The notes under the pieces: model-generated
Database searches by the model: none
Told to the model about the DNA's origin: nothing
What the model saw: the letters and a program-made list of their open reading frames with translations, nothing else
Assembly: GCA_031291905.1 (NCBI GenBank)
Contig: JARLIC010000137.1
Span: 51,762 to 115,761, forward strand
Reading direction: 5' to 3'
Origin: Minisyncoccota bacterium
Lineage (GTDB): Bacteria > Patescibacteriota > Minisyncoccia > UBA6257 > 2-01-FULL-56-20
DNA: 64,000 nt
Position numbers and translations under genes: made by a program
Part shown: positions 36,999 to 45,255 of the stretch, piece by piece
How the letters are laid out: every line of letters begins with the position of its first letter
Numbering within the stretch: position 1 is the stretch's first letter

Positions 36999-37183
36999 CC
37001 CCTCGATCGACGCCAAATCACCCGTGCCGCCTTGTAGACGGCCGACGCGAGGAGACCGATCCAAACCGCCGCCCAGAACACGCGAGCATCAAGGAAGGGC
37101 CGATCCTCCATGTCGATCGCGGGCATGAACCAGGCGATGGCGAACATGGCGGCGACCCACAACAGGATGCCTAGTTGCCCCAC
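36995..37183 (-). CDS. Small two-TM membrane protein
   Basis: ILLWVAAMFAIAWF and VFWAAVWIGLLASAV; start uncertain. Confidence 0.45.
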   Translation of the reverse strand: MGQLGILLWVAAMFAIAWFMPAIDMEDRPFLDARVFWAAVWIGLLASAVYKAARVIWRRSRG

Positions 37184-37398
37184 TTTTCCGCTTCCGGCTT
37201 GGGGGCTTGCAGCGATGCACGATCGGCTCGCCACGCACTGGTCAGCGTGATCGCCGGATGGTCGCGGGGCAACTTGTCCTGAAGGCTCTGAAGGAAGGTC
37301 GTCACGACCGTTCCAAGCTTGGCCCAATCCGATGCGGGGATGTTGGACACCGCCATGACGGCGATCTTGAAGGCGAATTTCGCGAGCGTGAGCCACAT
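37171..37398 (-). CDS. Hypothetical protein
   Basis: AAGGAGG RBS. Confidence 0.6.
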   Translation of the reverse strand: MWLTLAKFAFKIAVMAVSNIPASDWAKLGTVVTTFLQSLQDKLPRDHPAITLTSAWRADRASLQAPKPEAEKWGN

Positions 37399-37510
37399 TG
37401 CCGGGCCTCCTTGAATCCTTGGAGTGGAGCAAACGAAAGCAGCCGGGCCTGGCGTCTCACGACGGTTGGCCCGGCGCTGCCCGACGATCGAAATCGGCGG
37501 GGGATATGAA

Positions 37511-37813
37511 TCAGGGGGTCGGTGCGGAAGCCGGGGGATTGACGTCGAGCACGGCCGCGTCGATCTTGGCCTTCAGGGCGTCACCCTTGGCTTCGATGGC
37601 GGCGACTTCGGCGGGGTCGGCGACCTTGGACTTCAGATCGGCGATTTCGGTGACGAGGGTCGTCACGCTGGCCTGAAACTCGGCGAGCTTCGCGGTGAAC
37701 GAGGCGTCGAGAGCGTCGATCTTGCTGTCGATATTGCTGAACAAGGCCATGATCATATTCTCCAGGGCGGGACTAAGGGCAACGGTATGAACGATATTAA
37801 TTGTGAGCGGCAT
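37511..37813 (-). CDS. Coiled-coil hypothetical protein
   Basis: Heptad pattern; GAGG RBS; GC hairpin downstream. Confidence 0.6.
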   Translation of the reverse strand: MPLTINIVHTVALSPALENMIMALFSNIDSKIDALDASFTAKLAEFQASVTTLVTEIADLKSKVADPAEVAAIEAKGDALKAKIDAAVLDVNPPASAPTP

Positions 37814-37820
37814 GGCGTCC

Positions 37821-38639
37821 TCAGATTGCGAGGGCGATGGGCGGCGTGTCGGCGTCGGATGGATCTTCGATCACGGCCTTGATCGTGTAGGCTTCTTGGT
37901 AGCCGGTCGCGTTCCAGTGATCTTCCTTGTACCAGCCGAAGCCGTTCTGGCCCCACGCACGACTCCACGACCCGCAATGCCTCAACGCCGGCTTCCCGTT
38001 CCGCAGCGTCTTCTTGCCGCCCGCGATCAGGATGGCGTGATTTCCCGGACCGCGATCGACGCCCATGCAGCCTTCGGAATCGAGGTTGCTGTACGTGTTG
38101 CCGACCTGGATGGCCAGGATCACCGCACGACGACGGCCGCCGGCCTCACTCTGGACCTCTTCCCAGCTATTAAGCTGCTGGTCGATCTCGAAGCGGAATC
38201 GGAGGGCGTTCGCGACAGCTTTTGCCGAGAAGCTTCGCGGATTGGCAAGTGACGCGGGGATCTGGCCGACCTCGCAAATGCCGACCTTGGCGATCTGGGC
38301 CGCCGCGTCCAAGATGCTGGTCCCGACGTTCCAGCCGCCGGTCGCGACCGAGTAGGAGTACAACGGCTCAAGCTGGGCGTGCGGTTGCCCCGACTGGAGC
38401 CGGGCGAACATGAGACCCTGTGTCGAGCTGTAGTGCGTGCAGCCGTTGTAGCCGTTCTGGTCGAGCACCTTCAATTGGCTCGGCCAGTGATCCCAATCGG
38501 GGATCTCCGACGCTGGAATCACGCTGGACGCCATGCGCGGGATGGCGGATCGCAGGATCTCGGAACTGCGAGGCAGGCCAAGCAGAAACTTTTGTCCGCT
38601 GGGGGTGACGTGGCTACCGGAAGCGTATTGCGACATCAC
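37821..38639 (-). CDS. Papain-like C1 cysteine peptidase
   Basis: LDQNGYNGCT (Q...C), PLYSYS, GNHAILIAG (His), CGSWSRAWGQNGFGW. Confidence 0.8.
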   Translation of the reverse strand: MMSQYASGSHVTPSGQKFLLGLPRSSEILRSAIPRMASSVIPASEIPDWDHWPSQLKVLDQNGYNGCTHYSSTQGLMFARLQSGQPHAQLEPLYSYSVATGGWNVGTSILDAAAQIAKVGICEVGQIPASLANPRSFSAKAVANALRFRFEIDQQLNSWEEVQSEAGGRRRAVILAIQVGNTYSNLDSEGCMGVDRGPGNHAILIAGGKKTLRNGKPALRHCGSWSRAWGQNGFGWYKEDHWNATGYQEAYTIKAVIEDPSDADTPPIALAI

Positions 38640-39271
38640 TGGCCCCTCAACGTCTTGATCTTGGCCATCACGTCGTCGAACGATTCGGGATTCGACACGT
38701 CGATCACCGGGGCCGGTGGCGCCGGCTCAGCGTCGTACTTCACGCCGGTCGCGGCCTCCTGAACGACTAAAACGGCCCGCGACGAAGCGTAACCGTCCAT
38801 TTTCCTGGCCTTCAGCTCCGGGCTGCTCGCCCCGTAAGCCCTCCAGTGGCAGTCCAGGCCCTTCCAGTCCGTGCCGACCGCCGCATCGCGGATCGCGGAC
38901 GACTTCACCGTCGCGTCGTCCGGCTCGATGAAGGACAGAGTCAACGTCCTGTCGTGCTTGACGGGAGCCGGGACTGGTGCGGGGGACGGATCGGGCTTGG
39001 GTGCGGGAGAGGGGGCAGGCCCTGGAATCGGTGCGGGAATCGGAACCGGCGCCGGAATGGGAGTAGGGGCCGGGCCGTGGCCGAACATGGCGGCGCCGAT
39101 CGCGATCCCCATGACCAGCGTCTTGACCTGATCGTACACCCACGCACCAGCGCCCATCGCCGCGCCTTCAACCTGAACCAACGCCTGATAGGCGGGAGTC
39201 TGGGCGGCTGCGGGGTCTGGCATGGGAAGCCCTTTGGAAAAGAAGGGACGTGGAGCAGGCAACGCCGACAT
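38636..39271 (-). CDS. Membrane-anchored protein with a Pro-rich linker
   Basis: TM LVMGIAIGAAMFG, then a PAPTPIPAPVP linker and a globular domain. Confidence 0.65.
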   Translation of the reverse strand: MSALPAPRPFFSKGLPMPDPAAAQTPAYQALVQVEGAAMGAGAWVYDQVKTLVMGIAIGAAMFGHGPAPTPIPAPVPIPAPIPGPAPSPAPKPDPSPAPVPAPVKHDRTLTLSFIEPDDATVKSSAIRDAAVGTDWKGLDCHWRAYGASSPELKARKMDGYASSRAVLVVQEAATGVKYDAEPAPPAPVIDVSNPESFDDVMAKIKTLRGQ

Positions 39272-39362
39272 TCGTTCGCCGGTTTTGGTTATCCCGGATC
39301 GGATTACGGATGCACGGGGCCTTTAGGGTTCAGCGTCGGAACGCCGGCGCTGCCTGCCCTGA

Positions 39363-39764
39363 TCAGGCGGATTGAGACGCACGCCGTTCGCGGCGGGTCT
39401 GATTCGACTTGGCGGGAGATGGGGCGGGAGTGGGCGATTCGGCTGACGCCGCCTTGGGCTCGGGTTTTGGGTCCGTAAGCGGGTCGCGTTGGAGAATTCC
39501 AAGATGGTCGACGCCCGATTTATGGCACACGGCACATGTGCAGAGCGATCCTCTTGGAATCTCAGAGACCCCGGTTCCCCGGCACCGTCCGCAAGTTGCG
39601 TGATCCACGAACCCCGTGGACCGACATGACTTACACGGATGCACATCTTTACATGTGAGTTGAGAGTAAGGCTTTGAGGATGCGCCGAACATCAGGACGA
39701 GTTCCGGACCCTCGACTCGCGGCAACGGCGGAGTCCAGTCTGCCCAAATATTCTTCCGTGACAT
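39363..39764 (-). CDS. Zinc-finger protein (DnaJ-type CxxCxxxG repeats)
   Basis: CKSCRSTG, CGRCRGTG, CAVCHKSG. Confidence 0.6.
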   Translation of the reverse strand: MSRKNIWADWTPPLPRVEGPELVLMFGASSKPYSQLTCKDVHPCKSCRSTGFVDHATCGRCRGTGVSEIPRGSLCTCAVCHKSGVDHLGILQRDPLTDPKPEPKAASAESPTPAPSPAKSNQTRRERRASQSA

Positions 39765-39999
39765 GCCGGTTCTTCACCTTTTCTGGCATCTGCTTGAGGT
39801 AGTCGGAAATAACCGTGAAATCAACCTCGAAGCATTCGGCGATATCCCTGAGAGGGATACCCGCCCGGTGCAGGTCGCTCCAGATCAGGACCGTGGCTCG
39901 AATCTCATTGAGTTTGCCGGCAGGTTCGTCTTTATGCGGAGGCTCTATCTGGATTCCGCGTTCGTCGACCCAACTCATGCAGACGAGCCCTTTCGACAA
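39649..39999 (-). CDS. HTH DNA-binding protein
   Basis: LHRAGIPLRDIAECFEVDFTVISDYLK. Confidence 0.6.
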   Translation of the reverse strand: MSKGLVCMSWVDERGIQIEPPHKDEPAGKLNEIRATVLIWSDLHRAGIPLRDIAECFEVDFTVISDYLKQMPEKVKNRHVTEEYLGRLDSAVAASRGSGTRPDVRRILKALLSTHM

Positions 40000-40032
40000 T
40001 ACCTGTCTCTCTACTAATAGAAATTTGTCTTG

Positions 40033-40275
40033 CTATTTCTCTTGTTTGCCAAACATAATTTCGCATAACTCCTTTATTGTCTTCCACTTACGCATAGGAT
40101 AATCTTGTTGGGTGTTTGATTTTGGGTTATCGTTCGCTGCTATAAACAGTCGTGCGGCAGCGTTTATCGCGATACGGTAATCCGCCGAGTCGTTGTCTCC
40201 TTCTTTGGACAACTCTTCAACGCGAGCCATTGCTTCGGCATAGTTCTCGAACTTGGGTCTTTTCGGTTTCGCCAT
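40033..40275 (-). CDS. Hypothetical protein
   Basis: GAGG RBS before MAKPKRPK. Confidence 0.55.
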   Translation of the reverse strand: MAKPKRPKFENYAEAMARVEELSKEGDNDSADYRIAINAAARLFIAANDNPKSNTQQDYPMRKWKTIKELCEIMFGKQEK

Positions 40276-40316
40276 TGCAACCTCATCGTTGTTAGTTATC
40301 TGGGATAACTTCGTGA

Positions 40317-40664
40317 TCACCGCGGTAATGCGTTCCAGTTACGGATCGCGATCCGCACTGAATCACCTTTGGAGCCTCGCATATAGCAGTTCGGGCAATG
40401 AACTTGCCAGAAACCAAAGTTCACGAAACAAGCTAGTCTGCCGTTGCCCCAAGTCCCATCGCAACCGCACCCAGGGCAAGGATCGATCGACGGCACTTCG
40501 GATTTGACAGCCTTAACATGGACGTTGATCGCTGCCATCCGTTCGTTGAACGCCCGGCCGTGCTTTTTCTTGCCCTCCGCATCGAGGGACTTGAACCACG
40601 CCTTGAGTTCCTTGGGCGAGTTAATGTCGGCGGGGATCATCTCAACCTCATTGTTGTCAGACAA
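40317..40664 (-). CDS. Lar (restriction alleviation)-like zinc-binding protein
   Basis: PCPGCG...WQVHCPNC...AIRNWN. Confidence 0.65.
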   Translation of the reverse strand: MSDNNEVEMIPADINSPKELKAWFKSLDAEGKKKHGRAFNERMAAINVHVKAVKSEVPSIDPCPGCGCDGTWGNGRLACFVNFGFWQVHCPNCYMRGSKGDSVRIAIRNWNALPR

Positions 40665-40980
40665 GTCGACTCAAAAGCCTGTCGGCAACCGGAAACCCCC
40701 GCCTATCGACTATCGCATCGTACGCAACGTCATAGAATTTCGTTCGCCGCTCCAACTTTTCCTTTGCGGCGTAGGTTATGCACAAACACCCTCTGAGCAG
40801 ATACGAAGGCGTTTTAGAGACATCAAGATTGTCCAGGATCGAATCGATGATCTTGAACTCGCCTTCGTGGCACAATCGATCGATCGCATTGAAAACATGA
40901 TCGGTCGCCCCCTGACTATTGTCGATCGCCGTTAATGCGTATAGGTCTTCAAGGAACTCTGTAACATCGAAATCCATCAT
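40657..40980 (-). CDS. Hypothetical protein
   Basis: AGGAGG RBS. Confidence 0.6.
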   Translation of the reverse strand: MMDFDVTEFLEDLYALTAIDNSQGATDHVFNAIDRLCHEGEFKIIDSILDNLDVSKTPSYLLRGCLCITYAAKEKLERRTKFYDVAYDAIVDRRGFPVADRLLSRLV

Positions 40981-41040
40981 CCCTCCTAAATAGGATACGA
41001 CGCCGCGAACGAGTGCTCGCGACGCCGCTGTGATCACTGC

Positions 41041-41349
41041 TTACTCAGTTCGCTCGATCGCCGCTATCGCCCACATCAGACATTGCTCAAGATTCGTCAG
41101 CGCCGATGACTGCTCACGCGACGCGGATGAGTGGTCGACGATGGACAAGGCGAGATTCTTGGCATCGTCCCGAAGTAACGCGAGAGGGATAACCTTGTCA
41201 GCCCGAACAGTGAGCTTTGCGGCGAACCGCTTCTCGACTTCTTCGCGGAATCGCTCGGCGCGAGTCTTTCCGTCATCGATATGAACAGCGTAGATGGGTG
41301 GCGGGTTATCTCTCACCGAACTTGGAGCCGGGTACACAGGGTTCATCAA
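41041..41349 (-). CDS. Acb2/Tad1 hairpin-domain-like protein (candidate signalling-molecule sponge)
   Basis: EKRF...RDDAKNLA...SREQSSALTNLEQCLMWAIAAIER. Confidence 0.65.
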   Translation of the reverse strand: MMNPVYPAPSSVRDNPPPIYAVHIDDGKTRAERFREEVEKRFAAKLTVRADKVIPLALLRDDAKNLALSIVDHSSASREQSSALTNLEQCLMWAIAAIERTE

Positions 41350-41948
41350 AGCTCTCCTTCAAAAACCGATCCGCCGAAGTAGTCGATCACATCGAACTCA
41401 CGCGGGCGGGCGAACGGAATGTCGTCTTCCTGAAAAGCGTCCACCTCGGCCTGGCTGACAGGAACCGTTCGCCCCTGCCCACCCTGCCCGTTGTATCCGC
41501 CGCCGCCACGACCTTGCGGTGCGGGACCGCGACCCTGGGGAGGACCGCTGCGCGACTCGGCTTGCGGCTGGCGTTCGTTTCCGCCTTGGCTGCGCGGTCC
41601 GTCTTCGTCGCGAGCCTTAGCCTCAAGGTTCTGGACCCGGTCGGCGTTCACCTTGATTTTGCTCCGTTTCTCGCCGGTCGCCTTGTCGTCCCACTGGTCC
41701 ATCTTGAGCGAGCCTTCGACGAAGATCAGGTTGCCCTTGTGCAAGGTATTGCAGGCCCGCTCCGCCGCCGCACCCCAGACGGTCGCGTCGATATAGAGGA
41801 CTTCTTCCTTCCACTCGTCGTTCTTGTCCTTCCATGACCGATTGACGGCCATGCGGAGTTCGGTCACGGCCGATCCGCTTGGAATGCGGCGCAACTCGGG
41901 CTCGAAAGTCAGTCGGCCCATGAGTTGGACCTTATTTAAGTCAGCCAT
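41346..41948 (-). CDS. ssb: Single-stranded DNA-binding protein
   Basis: LNKVQLMGRLTFEPELR, WGAAAE, KGNLIFVEGSL, Gly/Gln linker, EDDIPF. Confidence 0.95.
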   Translation of the reverse strand: MADLNKVQLMGRLTFEPELRRIPSGSAVTELRMAVNRSWKDKNDEWKEEVLYIDATVWGAAAERACNTLHKGNLIFVEGSLKMDQWDDKATGEKRSKIKVNADRVQNLEAKARDEDGPRSQGGNERQPQAESRSGPPQGRGPAPQGRGGGGYNGQGGQGRTVPVSQAEVDAFQEDDIPFARPREFDVIDYFGGSVFEGEL

Positions 41949-41964
41949 TCGTCGTCTCCTCTTC

Positions 41965-42306
41965 TTAGGAATATTGACCCGTCGGCAGGTCGTCGCCGTT
42001 GATCACGCATTCGTACGACGCTATGTTCGAGGACGTAATTTTCGCCGAAAAGTCGGCGATTCGAAATTTCCCCGACATACTGTACAACCGATTGCGAGAC
42101 GTGAGAATGCAATAGGCTGTAGCCTTCTGGCTCTGCAAGTACTCCAGGAGACCGTCGGGCAAATCGCTCAACCCGAAGACCCCCTTGACGCTGCCACCGA
42201 CGCCGCCGTTGGTAAGCCTCACGTCGATAGTATGAATCCCCAGTGCGACCGGCCCTACGCCATCGAACTCTATCCTCATCACCGCCGAACCACCATGACT
42301 ATCCAT
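41965..42306 (-). CDS. Third tail tube-like paralog, outside the morphogenesis module
   Basis: SVKGVFGLSDLPDGLLEYL and GKFRIADFSAKITSSNIASYECVI align by eye with the tube protein. Confidence 0.5.
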   Translation of the reverse strand: MDSHGGSAVMRIEFDGVGPVALGIHTIDVRLTNGGVGGSVKGVFGLSDLPDGLLEYLQSQKATAYCILTSRNRLYSMSGKFRIADFSAKITSSNIASYECVINGDDLPTGQYS

Positions 42307-42307
42307 C

Positions 42308-42454
42308 TCACCCTCCCGCCATCTTAATAACGAACATTCCAACGACATAAACGAGCATCGCCGCAACCAGGCCGATCATCAAGAACCCGTTAGGCGCGGG
42401 CCGAAAAGGATCTATAACCGGCTGAGGTCGCTCAGGCTTCGGCGGAATCTCCAT
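42308..42454 (-). CDS. Single-TM micropeptide (48 aa)
   Basis: MEIPPKPERPQPVIDPFRPAPNGFLMIGLVAAMLVYVVGMFVIKMAGG; GGAGG RBS. Confidence 0.6.
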   Translation of the reverse strand: MEIPPKPERPQPVIDPFRPAPNGFLMIGLVAAMLVYVVGMFVIKMAGG

Positions 42455-42455
42455 C

Positions 42456-42548
42456 TCACCCTCCCGCATACACCAGAAACCCCATTGCCACCACGAACAC
42501 CATCATCGCCACCGAGACGGCCGCCAGATGCCAGTTGAAGCGTCTCAC
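42456..42548 (-). CDS. Single-TM micropeptide (30 aa)
   Basis: GTG start overlaps the upstream TGA; (M)RRFNWHLAAVSVAMMVFVVAMGFLVYAGG. Confidence 0.55.
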   Translation of the reverse strand: MRRFNWHLAAVSVAMMVFVVAMGFLVYAGG

Positions 42549-42931
42549 AGCCCGTACCTCCCAGCCATCTCATGAACCCCTGAATCCGCCGCAACCTCGC
42601 AAACCGCCTGCTGCAACTCCTCCAGCGTCATCGCCCGACCCAGCGCGAGAATCGACTGATACGTCTCTTCCACCTGATCGCCGCAGTCTTCCGCCTTCAG
42701 CACCTTCTTGACGATGCGACGCAGCATGAACCGCTGGATGAAATTCGGATTGCGGCACTTGTCTAACGCGGTGCTCGATTTCCAGCACTCAAACAGCAGG
42801 ATCGCGATTTTCAAGATCGCGACGATGATCGCCACGGTTACGACGACGCTTCCTGGCTTGCTCTGAGCGTCGCGGGAGATGGTCGGCATGTTGGCGATGG
42901 TGCGTTCGGCGAGTCGGTCGATTTGGGTCAT
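42545..42931 (-). CDS. Hypothetical membrane protein
   Basis: TM VVVTVAIIVAILKIAILLF. Confidence 0.6.
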   Translation of the reverse strand: MTQIDRLAERTIANMPTISRDAQSKPGSVVVTVAIIVAILKIAILLFECWKSSTALDKCRNPNFIQRFMLRRIVKKVLKAEDCGDQVEETYQSILALGRAMTLEELQQAVCEVAADSGVHEMAGRYGL

Positions 42932-42992
42932 TGGGTCCCTTGCTTCTATTGTACGACGGCCTTGGTCGGCTATCGCATGAGGCTACTCCAGT

Positions 42993-43235
42993 TTACGGAA
43001 CGCTTGGATCGCTACTTGTTGCTTCGCCAATGCCGTCAATCAAGTATTTCCCCTTGCTGACCCAATTGACGCACGCTCCATTACTGGTTGCAAATCGAGA
43101 TAGACCTTTTGTGAGGCCGTTTGGCCCGCTCAGGTGAATCGACTCTATCACTGTGCCGTGCTCGAAAATCCTATGAGTGACCCCGAATGCATCAATCACA
43201 TCGAAGCACTGTTTTGTAGGGTGGATTCTGTTCAT
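42993..43235 (-). CDS. Hypothetical protein
   Basis: GGAG RBS before MNRIHP. Confidence 0.5.
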   Translation of the reverse strand: MNRIHPTKQCFDVIDAFGVTHRIFEHGTVIESIHLSGPNGLTKGLSRFATSNGACVNWVSKGKYLIDGIGEATSSDPSVP

Positions 43236-43305
43236 CGTATCTCCGATAGCCTTTGTCTTGTAATTGCAATGCGTACCAAACGGCCACGTGGCCATGCGGC
43301 GTACG

Positions 43306-43785
43306 TCACGCCGCGTTACTATCGGCCTCCAATGGGTAAAACTTGCCGCCCATTCTATAGCCGATAACTACCCCCAGGGTGTTCCGCGTCTCTTGTTTAA
43401 TGTGCTTGAACGCCTCCGGGGATCTCGCCATTACATGGCGTATGTTATACAGTCCTAACTTCTCTAGACGTTTGTGGGACAACAGCATCCCGCCGTTTGC
43501 GTCAGCCATGCCAGTGATAATGCGAACCCATTCTTGAATGGGCTTTGGTTTTTCCTGCTTCTTCTTTACAGAGATAGGATTCGGATCGCACTGATCCCGT
43601 GCAGGCTTCTGCTTCAGCCCTACGCCGCCGAATTCCGCTTTCGAGCACGACGGCCATGATGGGTACAAGAGAGCGACCCATCCTTTTCGACGACGAAATT
43701 CAGCCACGTCGTCCGGACGGCCGAACGGATCTTCCTTGATCCGATCGGCATAGGCCCTGGCTTCCCGATACTTCATAACAAGCAT
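43306..43785 (-). CDS. Hypothetical protein
   Basis: 159-aa ORF in the operon. Confidence 0.55.
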   Translation of the reverse strand: MLVMKYREARAYADRIKEDPFGRPDDVAEFRRRKGWVALLYPSWPSCSKAEFGGVGLKQKPARDQCDPNPISVKKKQEKPKPIQEWVRIITGMADANGGMLLSHKRLEKLGLYNIRHVMARSPEAFKHIKQETRNTLGVVIGYRMGGKFYPLEADSNAA

Positions 43786-43808
43786 GTACGCTTCTCGCCT
43801 CTTGCTGA

Positions 43809-44909
43809 TTACTTGATCTTGAAAGAGTATTCCTTGCGCTGGCCGTGATTAAGTTCGTCGAGCACCCCGCGCGCCGACGTCTTAACACCTTTATTCCTGT
43901 GGTACTCGCGCGCTTCTCGCGCCGCCTTGATGATGCCTGAAGCCTTGAGGTCAACGAGTTTGCTATGCCATTTCGTCCGGAGCAGCGACTCGCCTTCGCT
44001 GTTCTTCTGGATGTAGAACAGGGGGGCGACTACGCTCTCGTTGATGAACTCGCCGTCGTGCAATTCGACGAATAGAGGCCAGAGTTGCCTAAGGATTTCG
44101 CGGTCCTGGCTTGCGAGGTTCATCATCATCTTGATGCATCGAACACTGCGAGTGCCGCCCGGCTGGACTACGTAGCCATCCTGTGCAAACAAGTCGCGCA
44201 GGAAAACAGCGTTGGCCACACCGGCCTCGCATTTCGCCTTGAAGTCGTCATGCGGCGTGATGCGACGCCGTTCTTCGTTGGTTGCGATGTAAGCATTGGA
44301 CTCCTCGCGCTTATCCTGCATTTCATAGACCATGCAGGGGACGAACTCGATCGCATCGATCATATTTGCCGCAAGGAGCCGATGCCCTCCATCGTACACA
44401 AAGAAAGAACCGTCCGGACGACGTGCCACAAGCAGCGTGCCGAACGACGACCACCTGAATTTCCTCTTGATCGACTTGGCGAAATGAATGGCCGTCTCTC
44501 GCTGATAAGAGACGTCGATGAACAAACTCGACTTGTCGAGCATCATGAACTCGCCAGTTTCGTCCAGGATCGCACAGTCGCCGCCCGGCACCGCGAAGCC
44601 AAAGCCGTCGTCAACGTCGTCCTGATACGAAGTCTCAAAGTACACCGTGCACGGCACCGCCGCCCTGTCGACAGCCATTAGGATTTCGCGGCCCGATTTC
44701 AGCGTGCCGTCGGGATAGAATTGCACGACATGCCTACTGTTCCTCCATAGGCCGTTCCTGATGTCCTCTGTGAGCGCCATGACCAGACGCATGTCCCTTG
44801 GCCCGGTTGGTGCCCCAACCATGATCGCCCTGGCTCGCTCTGGAGTCACCATCTCAATGCTCGTGTCGCCACTATGCTCAACCATCGTTGCTTTCAAAAC
44901 CGTAGACAT
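43809..44909 (-). CDS. ParB/Srx-like (DUF6551-like) protein
   Basis: LFIDVSYQR...FGTLLVARRPDG...VYDGGHRLLAA...VPCMVY. Confidence 0.75.
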   Translation of the reverse strand: MSTVLKATMVEHSGDTSIEMVTPERARAIMVGAPTGPRDMRLVMALTEDIRNGLWRNSRHVVQFYPDGTLKSGREILMAVDRAAVPCTVYFETSYQDDVDDGFGFAVPGGDCAILDETGEFMMLDKSSLFIDVSYQRETAIHFAKSIKRKFRWSSFGTLLVARRPDGSFFVYDGGHRLLAANMIDAIEFVPCMVYEMQDKREESNAYIATNEERRRITPHDDFKAKCEAGVANAVFLRDLFAQDGYVVQPGGTRSVRCIKMMMNLASQDREILRQLWPLFVELHDGEFINESVVAPLFYIQKNSEGESLLRTKWHSKLVDLKASGIIKAAREAREYHRNKGVKTSARGVLDELNHGQRKEYSFKIK

Positions 44910-44970
44910 TCATGATCTCCTGTTATGAAGTTGCACTGAAACACCTGAACTGAAAACCCAACACCGACCC

Positions 44971-45255
44971 TCAGTCGTTGGCACTCTCGACGAGCGACAT
45001 TGACGCTTCGCCAGAAGACTCGTCTTCGGCTTGATCCTTGAATACGCCCTTCTTGCGTAAGTTGATAAGAGCGACGATGGCATCGTTCATTGTGCACGGA
45101 AAGTATTGGATCATATTGACCCAGAGAACTTCGTGCTCATAGGTACTGCCTATTTGGTCTGCCGACAAAGTGATTTCGCCTTCACTCTTTAAGCGCTTGT
45201 ACGTGGCCTCCAGAACTTCCTGGAAATCTTTTCTGTCACGGATTCTCACGATCAA
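44971..45255 (-). CDS. Hypothetical protein
   Basis: ALINLRKKG; coupled to the methyltransferase. Confidence 0.55.
   Translation of the reverse strand: MIVRIRDRKDFQEVLEATYKRLKSEGEITLSADQIGSTYEHEVLWVNMIQYFPCTMNDAIVALINLRKKGVFKDQAEDESSGEASMSLVESAND

Noticed and set aside
37438-37482. GC hairpins after genes (also near 12518-12546 and 22645-22686) as rho-independent terminators
   Set aside because: The stems are present but lack convincing U-tracts on the sense strand; function unclear.
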